From contig CAVQEQ010000004.1 in NCBI GenBank assembly GCA_963711565.1, forward strand, positions 544,001-608,000: a stretch of DNA of 64,000 nucleotides, written 5' to 3'. Of this stretch, positions 49,528 through 57,975 are shown one piece after another. Source of the DNA: an uncultured delta proteobacterium. Lineage in GTDB: Bacteria; Desulfobacterota; Binatia; Binatales; Binataceae. A model generated the notes under the pieces. The model searched no databases, had not been told where the DNA came from, and was given only the letters and a program-made list of their open reading frames with translations. The translations under genes and the position numbers were made by a program. The first letter of the stretch is position 1. Every line of letters begins with the position of its first letter.

Positions 49528-52467
49528 ATGCCCAACGATCTTGTCCAGTTCGACGATTTTGTGTTGAACCGCGCCGCTTGCGAGCTTCGCCGTGGCGATG
49601 CGTTAGTGCCGCTGCAGCGGGTTCCGCTCGAGCTTCTATCTTTCTTGCTCGAACGCCGCGGGCAGCTGGTTACGCGCACGGAGATTCTGGAACGGGTGTG
49701 GGGCAAAGGGGTTTTCCTCGACGGCGAGACCAGTATCAACACGGCGGTGCGAAAGCTCCGACGGGCGTTGTCAGACGATCCTCACGCGCCGCGATTCGTC
49801 GCGACGGTGCCGGCCAGGGGCTATCGATTCGTCGCGGAAATTCGCTCGCCGAAGCCGGGTCTTATGACGCGTCCCGCGGGCCCGCGATCAGCGGTGATGG
49901 TAGGACGCGAGCACGAGCTGGCCTCGCTCATTGGCGGACTCGACGATGCGGCGGCGCGGCGCGGGCGGTTGTTTCTGATTTGCGGCGAACCGGGCGTCGG
50001 CAAGACGCGGCTGGCAGACGAGGTGGCGACCGTTGCCGCAGCGAAGCGAATGGAGCTGATGGTCGGGCATTGTTCGGAACACGATGAAGCCGTCGCGTAC
50101 CTTCCTTTCGTCGAAATCCTGGAGAGCTTCGTCGAGCGCCCGCAGAGTCAGGATCGTTTGCGCGCCGCGTTGGGACCCGAGGCATCGGAGCTGGCGCGTT
50201 TGCTGCCCAAGCTCAGGAACATCCTGCCAGGGCTTCCACCGTCGCGATCTTTGCCGCCTCCGGAGGCCCGGCGCCACCTGCTCAACTCGGTCTTTGACTT
50301 CGCCGCTCGCGCCGCTTCCACTCGCCCGGCGCTGATGATCCTCGAAGATATTCATTGGGCGGACGATTCAACCCTGGCCCTGCTGGACCACATCGCGCGG
50401 CGGCTCTCGGATCAGCCTCTGATGGTTATCTGCACCTATCGCGATGCGGAGATAAACATCACGCCGGTTCTGGCGCGGACGCTCGAGGACCTCGTCCGCG
50501 GCCGGCTCGCGACCGAGGTAAGAATAAAGCGCCTGCCCCGCGGCGAAGTCGCCGCCATGCTGAGCAGCCTGAGCAGAAAGGCGCCGCCCGAGGGCGTCGT
50601 TGCGGAGATATTTGCGGAGACGGAAGGCAATCCATTCTTCGTCGAAGAGCTTTTTCATCATCTCGAAGATGAAGGCCGGCTCTACGATGCGGCGGGACAA
50701 TTCCGTTCAAAACTCCAGATCGGGGAGCTTGATGCGCCGCGCAGCGTTCGGCTGGTGGTCGCGAGACGAATCGCGCGGCTCGGCCGACTCACCCGCGAGA
50801 TGCTGGCGGCCGCATCGGTGATTGGAAGATTCTTCAGCTTCGAGGTTCTTCAGGTTCTCTACGACGACGATGCCGATTCAATCCTGGAATGCCTCGAAGA
50901 AGCGGAGAAGGCAGGGCTACTGGTGTCGGTCGCGACCGGCTCACAGGCGCGGTTCGCCTTCTCCCACGAGCTCATTCGTCAGGCGGTGCTCGGCGGTTTG
51001 TCGGCGATGCGGCGTCAGCGACTTCATTTGAAAGTAGCTGACGCAATCGAGCAGATGGCTTCCATGTCCAAACCCACATACGCCACGAGCCTGGACGAGT
51101 TGGCCGCCCAACTCGCGCATCACCACGCGCGGGGCGGAAATCCGGGCAAGGCCGTCGCGTATTACCTAAGCGCCGTTCAGCAGCTTGCGGACCTCGGCTC
51201 CAACGTCGAGGCGATTGCGATGTTCAACGCAGGCCTTGAACTATTGAGCGAACTACCCGACGACGACCGGCGGACAAAGCTGGAGATCGACCTTCGATTC
51301 GCCGCCCACGGACCATTGGGAGACAGCAAAGGGCTGGCATCGGCGGAAATAGAGAATTCGATCGACCGCGCGCTCGCGCTATGCAAGAGGCCGAGGATCA
51401 ACTGGGAAAGAACCTGGTGGGCGTTGTACAACGCGTTTTGGGTTCACCATCTCCGTCCCGATACCCGCAGGGCGCGCGATATCGCTGCTGAGCTTGTCGC
51501 GGGCGCCGAGGAGAATGGCACCGCCGCGCAGATCGCGGAGGCCGAGACTTCGCTTGCCTGGGCGAGGATGTACGCGGGTGACTTCGAGCTCGCTGATCAA
51601 GGCTTCGAGCGGGCGTGGGTGCATCTGGAGTCGATTCAGAAGCGCGCAGCAACTTTACCGCCGCCCGATGGATCCGATCGCGAAGTGCGTACTATCTCGC
51701 AACTGGGCACTCCGCAGAACAACCGCATGGTATCCGGATGGAACCTGTGGTTCATGGGCTATCCGGATCGCGCGGTGGAGCGAATGAATCTTGCCACGGC
51801 GATCGCGAATGCTGGGGTTAAGACGATGCTCGCTGACATCCACGGTTTCGCCAGTTACATTCACGAGCTTCGCCGCGAACCCGAGCTGATGAAAGCGCGG
51901 GCCGAGGCAAGGCTGCGGCTTTCAATCGAATCGGGCTACCCCATCGGCAAGGCATTGAGCGAAATCTACCTCGGGTGGGCCGATGCGATAGCGGGCGATT
52001 TGGAGCGCGGCATCGCGCGCATACGCCAATATCTATCCGAAGTGAAGGCCAGCGGCTGCGAGTACATGTATGACCGGTGCCTCTCGTTCACAGCGATCGC
52101 ACTCAGCCGAATGGGACGGTTCGATGAAGCGCTCAAAGCCATCGACGAGTCATTTTCCTTCACCGACAGAACGGGCCAGCACTACTACGAGGCCGAGCTG
52201 CATCGACTAAGGGGCGAGCTACTGCTAGCCCGAAATCCGTCGGACGGCGCGCAGGCTGAGCGATGCTTCCGCTCGGCGATCGATATTGCGCGCGAGCAGC
52301 AAGCGCGTTCCTGGGAGTTGCGCGCCGCGATGAGCCTCGCACGACTTGCGCGAGGCACCAAACGCAAAGATGAGGCGCGAACTATACTGGAGGCGACATA
52401 CGAATGGTTCACCGAAGGTTTCGATACTCTGGATCTGAAAGATGCCAGAGCACTACTCGATGGATAG
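49528..52467 (+). CDS. OmpR/CadC-type winged-HTH + STAND ATPase + TPR regulator
   Basis: LVTRTEILERVW, INTAVRKLRRAL, TVPARGYRF; GEPGVGKT, LEDIHWAD, TEGNPFF; ARSWELRA. Confidence 0.93.
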   Translation: MPNDLVQFDDFVLNRAACELRRGDALVPLQRVPLELLSFLLERRGQLVTRTEILERVWGKGVFLDGETSINTAVRKLRRALSDDPHAPRFVATVPARGYRFVAEIRSPKPGLMTRPAGPRSAVMVGREHELASLIGGLDDAAARRGRLFLICGEPGVGKTRLADEVATVAAAKRMELMVGHCSEHDEAVAYLPFVEILESFVERPQSQDRLRAALGPEASELARLLPKLRNILPGLPPSRSLPPPEARRHLLNSVFDFAARAASTRPALMILEDIHWADDSTLALLDHIARRLSDQPLMVICTYRDAEINITPVLARTLEDLVRGRLATEVRIKRLPRGEVAAMLSSLSRKAPPEGVVAEIFAETEGNPFFVEELFHHLEDEGRLYDAAGQFRSKLQIGELDAPRSVRLVVARRIARLGRLTREMLAAASVIGRFFSFEVLQVLYDDDADSILECLEEAEKAGLLVSVATGSQARFAFSHELIRQAVLGGLSAMRRQRLHLKVADAIEQMASMSKPTYATSLDELAAQLAHHHARGGNPGKAVAYYLSAVQQLADLGSNVEAIAMFNAGLELLSELPDDDRRTKLEIDLRFAAHGPLGDSKGLASAEIENSIDRALALCKRPRINWERTWWALYNAFWVHHLRPDTRRARDIAAELVAGAEENGTAAQIAEAETSLAWARMYAGDFELADQGFERAWVHLESIQKRAATLPPPDGSDREVRTISQLGTPQNNRMVSGWNLWFMGYPDRAVERMNLATAIANAGVKTMLADIHGFASYIHELRREPELMKARAEARLRLSIESGYPIGKALSEIYLGWADAIAGDLERGIARIRQYLSEVKASGCEYMYDRCLSFTAIALSRMGRFDEALKAIDESFSFTDRTGQHYYEAELHRLRGELLLARNPSDGAQAERCFRSAIDIAREQQARSWELRAAMSLARLARGTKRKDEARTILEATYEWFTEGFDTLDLKDARALLDG

Positions 52468-52784
52468 AGCGCTAATCAATATGTTAGCGGATCGCGAACT
52501 CGCTCCCATTCATTTGGGTCGCAAGCATCAGCGCGAGCCACACCGTTCGTCGAGGTGTAAGCGCTATCCGAGCAGCACCTGGCTGAGGACCATTCGAAAA
52601 TATTAATGAATAAGCGTTGCGTCCTGATTTAGGTCGGCTAATCCTCGCAACGCTGAAAAGTGTGTAAATATCTACAGTTTGTAGAGATAATGGCCGGGAA
52701 TAGATTCTAAAGAAATGAGGCGTCTTGTAGTAATTAGCTACTGCCTGTTTGCTTTTAGCTCGTCATATGTTATTTACTAACGGT

Positions 52785-53285
52785 ATGTCGAAGGCAAAGA
52801 ATTCAGGACGGACCGTCGGCGCGTCACGCACCGGCAAGGGCAAATCCAACATCTCTGTGGCACGTGCGAAGGCCCCGAATTTCGGGGAAGTGATACGCGC
52901 AAAACGAAGAGAACTCGATCTCACGCAGGACGAAGTTGCCGCGCAGATCAGCACGTCGACGCCATACGTGGGACACCTGGAATCCGGCAAACGGCACCCG
53001 TCGGACAAGGTTGTGACGAAGCTGGCGGAAGTGCTTGGCATCGGCAACCGCGAATTGTTCCTGCTCGCCAACCCGCATGCCGAAGCGCTGTTCGCGACCG
53101 AGCCGGTGCGAGGGGGAGGTTCGGCCTGGGAGCAGTTTCAGAAAGACGAAAACCTTCGACGCATTCACAACGTCTCGGGCGCCGAGTTTGCGATATTGTC
53201 GCAAGTGTCCCTGCTTGGCGAAGTTCAGTCAACGCGCGATCTGATTTATATTTTGCAAACGATTCGTCACGCAGTCGGAAAATAG
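52785..53285 (+). CDS. XRE-family HTH regulator
   Basis: FGEVIRAKRRELDLTQDEVA...YVGHLESGKRHPS. Confidence 0.88.
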   Translation: MSKAKNSGRTVGASRTGKGKSNISVARAKAPNFGEVIRAKRRELDLTQDEVAAQISTSTPYVGHLESGKRHPSDKVVTKLAEVLGIGNRELFLLANPHAEALFATEPVRGGGSAWEQFQKDENLRRIHNVSGAEFAILSQVSLLGEVQSTRDLIYILQTIRHAVGK

Positions 53286-53637
53286 GCCGCTCCTCCTGAA
53301 CTAGCCACCCGCGTCTCTCCGCCGGCGCTCGAATAGCCGGCGCACTCCTTCGATTCGACAATCAAGTCTTCGACGCTCGCGCAACATCGCGAGGGCGCCG
53401 AGGATTCGACTAGCTAGTCGCGTATGTAGCAGTGCGTTAATACGTGAGTATCAACTTGCTAATACATTCATCATTCTTTCCTATCTCACTCTTCAGCCTC
53501 AGTTCACTATTTGTATAGTTATCGCAGTCCGAATCTGATTGCCTATCTGAAGTAGAGTCCTCGGCGGATCGTTGGATGCAGGCGGACGGGATGATCGTGT
53601 CGCAATCGATGCGAGGCACGATGGGGAGGGGTAGGCC

Positions 53638-54432
53638 ATGTTTCAACGCAGCTATTACCGAACGATCTGGATCTCCGATGTGCACCTCGGAACTCGAGCG
53701 TGCAAGGCGAGTTCACTTCTGGATTTTCTGCGCCGTCACATTGCGGAGACCCTCTACCTGGTCGGCGACATAGTCAACGGATGGAACTGGGGACCTTCGT
53801 GGTATTGGAGTACCGCCCAACAGGAGCTGGTGAATGAGGTCATGCTATGGCGTCGCAGTGGCGTCAATGTAGTATTCCTTCCCGGAAATCACGACGAGGG
53901 CAAGGTCGGCCTCGTCGAGGAACTGTTTGGGCGCATCCCCACTATAAGCTCGTTGATTCATACCACCGTCAACGGCGCCAAAATGCTTGTCATCCATGGG
54001 CATCAGTTCGACGGCTCGCTGAATCCAAATCGTCTATTGCCGATCATCGGGTCTCACGCGTACGCGCGCGCCCAGCGCATCCATGACTGGTATAACCGGC
54101 AGAGAGAAGATGGAAGCGACGAAGGGCATCCGCTGTCCGACTTTTTCCGCTACCCCGCGCGCAAGGCGCTTGAGTTCCTCACTGACTTCCGCGACCGCGC
54201 GGTACTCGCAGCCGCGCGCGATCACAGGGCCGATGGCGTGATTTGCGGACATATTCATCGCTCGGATCATCGGCTGATCGGAAACATCCTGTACGTGAAT
54301 GACGGTGACTGGGTGCAAAATCGGACCGCGGTCGTCGAGGAGGGGGACGGAGCGCTGCAGGTCATTCGATGGAGTGGTCCACAAGCGAACATTTCAGTTT
54401 CCAGGCCGATGCCGCAGGAGGTGACCTCGTGA
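53638..54432 (+). CDS. PlcP-like phospholipase C / LpxH-like metallophosphoesterase
   Basis: YRTIWISDVHLG, LYLVGDI, PGNHD, IHGHQFD, ICGHIH, YVNDGDWV. Confidence 0.88.
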   Translation: MFQRSYYRTIWISDVHLGTRACKASSLLDFLRRHIAETLYLVGDIVNGWNWGPSWYWSTAQQELVNEVMLWRRSGVNVVFLPGNHDEGKVGLVEELFGRIPTISSLIHTTVNGAKMLVIHGHQFDGSLNPNRLLPIIGSHAYARAQRIHDWYNRQREDGSDEGHPLSDFFRYPARKALEFLTDFRDRAVLAAARDHRADGVICGHIHRSDHRLIGNILYVNDGDWVQNRTAVVEEGDGALQVIRWSGPQANISVSRPMPQEVTS

Positions 54433-55685
54433 CAATTTACCATCCTGAATCAGCAAATCGCGTAGAGGCAGAGCTCGATCTGATTTACTTCGACGCGGGC
54501 GGTGGACATCGCGTATCGGCGACGGCTCTGATCTCGGCGGCCCGCGAACAGCATCGTTCGTGGCATATAAACCTGATCAATCTGCGCGAACTGCTCGAGC
54601 CGGCCGACGTGATTCGACGCCTCACCGGAGTCCGCATCGAGGATTTCTACAACTCCCAGCTCAAACACGGTCTTACCATCGGCACCGGCCCGCTGCTGCG
54701 GATCACGCAGATGCTGATTCGGCAACTCGAGCCGACGATCATCAAGCTACTGGCGCGCCATTGGCAGCGCTCGCGGCCCGACCTTGTCGTTTCAATGATC
54801 CCCAACTTCAATCACACGATCCTACAAGGCCTCAGACAGGCCGACGCGATGCGGAGACGACCCGAGACTCCGATGGTCACGATTCTTACGGACCTGGCCG
54901 ACTGTCCGCCGCACTTCTGGATCGAACGTCAAAGCCAGTACCTGGTCTGCGGCACTGCCACCGCGGCGGCGCAGGCGATTGCGATGGGTCATGCGCCCGA
55001 GCGCGTATTTCGCACATCGGGAATGATCGTGCGGCCCGAGTTTTATCGTCCTATGGAGCTAAGCCGCGAAGCGGAGCGTGTTAGCATAGGTCTCGACCCC
55101 GAATTGCCGACAGGGATCGTGATGTTCGGCAGCTATGGATCAAGCCAGATGGCAGCTATTGCCAGAAGGATAGAAGTCGCGGGACTTAAGACTCAGCTCA
55201 TCTTCCTATGCGGTCACAATGAGAAGCTGCGCGAGCGCATCGAAAGCATGCAACTGTCCTACCCATTCCACTGCGCGGGTTTCACGCAGGAAATACCCTA
55301 CTTCATGAAGCTCGCGGACTATTTCATAGGCAAACCGGGTCCGGGGAGCATCAACGAAGCTCTAGTTATGGGCCTTCCTTTAATCGTGGAGCGCAACGCC
55401 TGGACGATGGTGCAGGAACGCTTCAACACAGATTGGATTGCGCAAAACGGGTTTGGAGTAGTGTTGCCTTCCTTTCGTGAGATAGGAAGCGCGGTCTCGA
55501 CGATGCTGGATCACGAACAGTTCCTCCGCCTGCGCGCCAACGTGGAAGCGTTCGATAACCGCGCGGTGTTTGAAATCCCAGAAATTCTGGAAGCCCTGAT
55601 TTCTCATCATCGAGCCGCTAACTGGAGCTTTGGGCGCACTGCGCCGGCAAGACAATTCGCGCCGGAGATTCACTACGGCGTTTGA
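54429..55685 (+). CDS. MGDG-synthase-like GT28 diacylglycerol glycosyltransferase
   Basis: DAGGGH, PDLVVS, TILTD, CGHNEKL, GFT...MKLAD, KPGPGSINEAL, QERFN. Confidence 0.88.
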   Translation: MTIYHPESANRVEAELDLIYFDAGGGHRVSATALISAAREQHRSWHINLINLRELLEPADVIRRLTGVRIEDFYNSQLKHGLTIGTGPLLRITQMLIRQLEPTIIKLLARHWQRSRPDLVVSMIPNFNHTILQGLRQADAMRRRPETPMVTILTDLADCPPHFWIERQSQYLVCGTATAAAQAIAMGHAPERVFRTSGMIVRPEFYRPMELSREAERVSIGLDPELPTGIVMFGSYGSSQMAAIARRIEVAGLKTQLIFLCGHNEKLRERIESMQLSYPFHCAGFTQEIPYFMKLADYFIGKPGPGSINEALVMGLPLIVERNAWTMVQERFNTDWIAQNGFGVVLPSFREIGSAVSTMLDHEQFLRLRANVEAFDNRAVFEIPEILEALISHHRAANWSFGRTAPARQFAPEIHYGV

Positions 55686-55719
55686 CGATCGACTTTGCCT
55701 CATCCTGTGGCGTCGGATT

Positions 55720-56496
55720 TTGAGAGCGCCCCTTCTAGCTCTGTGTTCTCTGGCCCTATCCGCTGCCCTTTCGAGTAACACTGGCGCGCTGGAGGTTGGT
55801 TCTCCCGGCGGCGCCGATTTCGGTGGGCTACAGTTTAAGATCTTGAGTTTCGACGGTAGGCAGACGATTGGCTATACACGTTTCACAGTCCTGAAGAACA
55901 ACTCGATTGAAGAGATCAAGGGCGAGACCAGATACCTCGATGGCGAGTGTGATAGCGAGGACGAGTTCTTATACCTCGCGCCCCCGACCTATATACCCAG
56001 GCTCGATAGCTATGAGCATTCGTTCTTCAACGCTGACGGCACGTTAAAGATGGTCGATACGCTCAGTGTCAAATCCGGGGTGGCCTCGTGCATGAGCCAT
56101 ATGTCGGGCCGTGTGAACGTGCGTAAGTCTCTGCTTGACGTGCCGGCGGACTCATTCGCAGGAGCGTCTGGCTTGATGATGATAGTTGGGAGTCTTAGGC
56201 ATGGGAATCGTGAAATCAGCTTTCATGCGTTCGCATGCGCGCCGGGGCCTGAGCTCTTCGCCGTTGAGGCGTCGCTGCCCGAGCGATCGGAACGTTGGCC
56301 GCTATACCCCGGCGATCTTTTCCGCCTCGATATGCGGCCTGACCTGGGCGCCTTGAATCTGCTGATTGCGCCGTTCCTGCCGACGATGGATGCGTGGTTC
56401 AATCCGAACGACAATTGGAACTACGTCGGTGGCGAGTTCGATCGCTATTTCCGCGGACCTCATGTGATGACGGTTCGAATGCCGCCGGCAGAGTGA
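55720..56496 (+). CDS. Hypothetical exported beta-rich protein (start uncertain)
   Basis: Signal-like LLALCSLALSAALSS; long ORF directly after the glycosyltransferase. Confidence 0.65.
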   Translation: MRAPLLALCSLALSAALSSNTGALEVGSPGGADFGGLQFKILSFDGRQTIGYTRFTVLKNNSIEEIKGETRYLDGECDSEDEFLYLAPPTYIPRLDSYEHSFFNADGTLKMVDTLSVKSGVASCMSHMSGRVNVRKSLLDVPADSFAGASGLMMIVGSLRHGNREISFHAFACAPGPELFAVEASLPERSERWPLYPGDLFRLDMRPDLGALNLLIAPFLPTMDAWFNPNDNWNYVGGEFDRYFRGPHVMTVRMPPAE

Positions 56497-56650
56497 AGCG
56501 ATCGAATCCAACTTCAGGTTTCGACAATCTCTTCCGACGACGGCTTCGCCGGTCGCGGATCTTTCAGCTTGCACCTTTTCGAGGAAATGTTGAGAATTGA
56601 GCCGCCAAATACTGCAGTTACACTGGTCTGGAAAATTCGCGGAGGGTTCC

Positions 56651-56983
56651 GTGGAAATCGGCGAGCGGCGCGATGGCGACATCCTGATACTTAGTCCGGC
56701 GGGACGAATCGACAACGATACGAGCGCGGCCTTCCAGACGAGGCTGCTCGCCGCTCTGGCTCCTGGAGCGGCCGTACTGGTTGATTTCTCAGCCGTCGAG
56801 TACATTTCGAGCGCCGGCTTACGCGCGCTGATGATGGGATCGAAGCAATCGAAAGCGGCAAAGGGCAGGCTGGCGGTCGCGGCGTTGGGTTCGGTGGTCA
56901 AGGAGATATTCGAGATCAGCCGCTTCTCGATGGTCGTGCAGGTCTTCGATACTACCGCGGACGCGCTTGGGGCCCTGCGCTAG
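56651..56983 (+). CDS. STAS-domain anti-anti-sigma factor
   Basis: GGAGG RBS; GRID, DFSAVEYISSAGLRAL, VKEIFEIS. Confidence 0.93.
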   Translation: MEIGERRDGDILILSPAGRIDNDTSAAFQTRLLAALAPGAAVLVDFSAVEYISSAGLRALMMGSKQSKAAKGRLAVAALGSVVKEIFEISRFSMVVQVFDTTADALGALR

Positions 56984-57015
56984 TTAGCGGACATGTGCGC
57001 AAGGGGTCAGTGCTT

Positions 57016-57975
57016 ATGTTGATCAGATTTTGGGGCAGTCGCGGTTCGATTCCGACGCCGCTCGGATACCGTGCCGTTCGTACCAAGATCCGCGAGGCGC
57101 TGCTCGTCGCGCGCGGCCAACGACTGGACAGCCTCGAAGCGATCGACAACTTTCTGGCAAAGGAACTCCCGTTCTCTATCAGCGGCACCTACGGCGGCAA
57201 TTCGAGTTGCGTCGAGATCGAAGCGGGCGGCGACGAGTACGTGCTATGCGACGTGGGCTCCGGCGTGCGCGAGTTCGGCAACGCGTTGATCGCCAAGCAT
57301 GGCCCGGCGAAGAAATCTCGCTTCAACGTTTTCCTGTCGCACACTCATTGGGATCATATTATGGGATTCCCGTTTTTCACCCCTTCATACATTCCCGGCA
57401 ACGTGATTCGCATTCACGGCTGCCACAAGGAGATGCGCGACGTTTTCATTCGCCAGCAGTCGAATCCGTGCTTTCCGATCGATTTCCGGGCGCTCGGCGC
57501 GACGATCGAGTTCGTCGAGCTGGAGCCCGGCCGCACCTACGAGATCGACGGCCTGTCGGTGACGGCTATCCGGCAGAATCACCCGAGCGATTCCTACGGC
57601 TTCCGCTTTTCGAGGAACGGCAAGTCGATGGTTTACTCGACCGACTCCGAGCACAAGTTCGACATTCTCACCGAGGACTATCCGTTCGTCGAATTTTTCC
57701 GCGACGCCGACCTCCTCATCTTCGATGCGCAGTATTCGCTGGCGGATCAGATCTCGATCAAAGAGGATTGGGGGCATTCGAGCAACATGATCGCGGTTGA
57801 ACTCGCGCAACTCGCACGCGTCAAGCACCTGGTGATGTACCATCACGAACCAATGTTCGACGACAAGATGATCGAAAAGGTGCTCGGCGAGACGCGGCGC
57901 TACGCCGAGATCAACGGCTCGCCGCACAAGCTGACCGTCTCATCGGCCTACGACGGACTCGAGATTGTCATCTGA
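57016..57975 (+). CDS. MBL-fold metallo-hydrolase (phosphodiesterase-like)
   Basis: FWGSRGSIPTP, YGGNSSCVE, SHTHWDHIMG, TDSEH, FDAQY, WGHS, YHHEP. Confidence 0.92.
   Translation: MLIRFWGSRGSIPTPLGYRAVRTKIREALLVARGQRLDSLEAIDNFLAKELPFSISGTYGGNSSCVEIEAGGDEYVLCDVGSGVREFGNALIAKHGPAKKSRFNVFLSHTHWDHIMGFPFFTPSYIPGNVIRIHGCHKEMRDVFIRQQSNPCFPIDFRALGATIEFVELEPGRTYEIDGLSVTAIRQNHPSDSYGFRFSRNGKSMVYSTDSEHKFDILTEDYPFVEFFRDADLLIFDAQYSLADQISIKEDWGHSSNMIAVELAQLARVKHLVMYHHEPMFDDKMIEKVLGETRRYAEINGSPHKLTVSSAYDGLEIVI

Noticed and set aside
45140-52467. Avs, CBASS or Pycsar-type defence system
   Set aside because: No nuclease, TIR, SIR2 or membrane effector; the architectures match signalling STAND cyclases and regulators.
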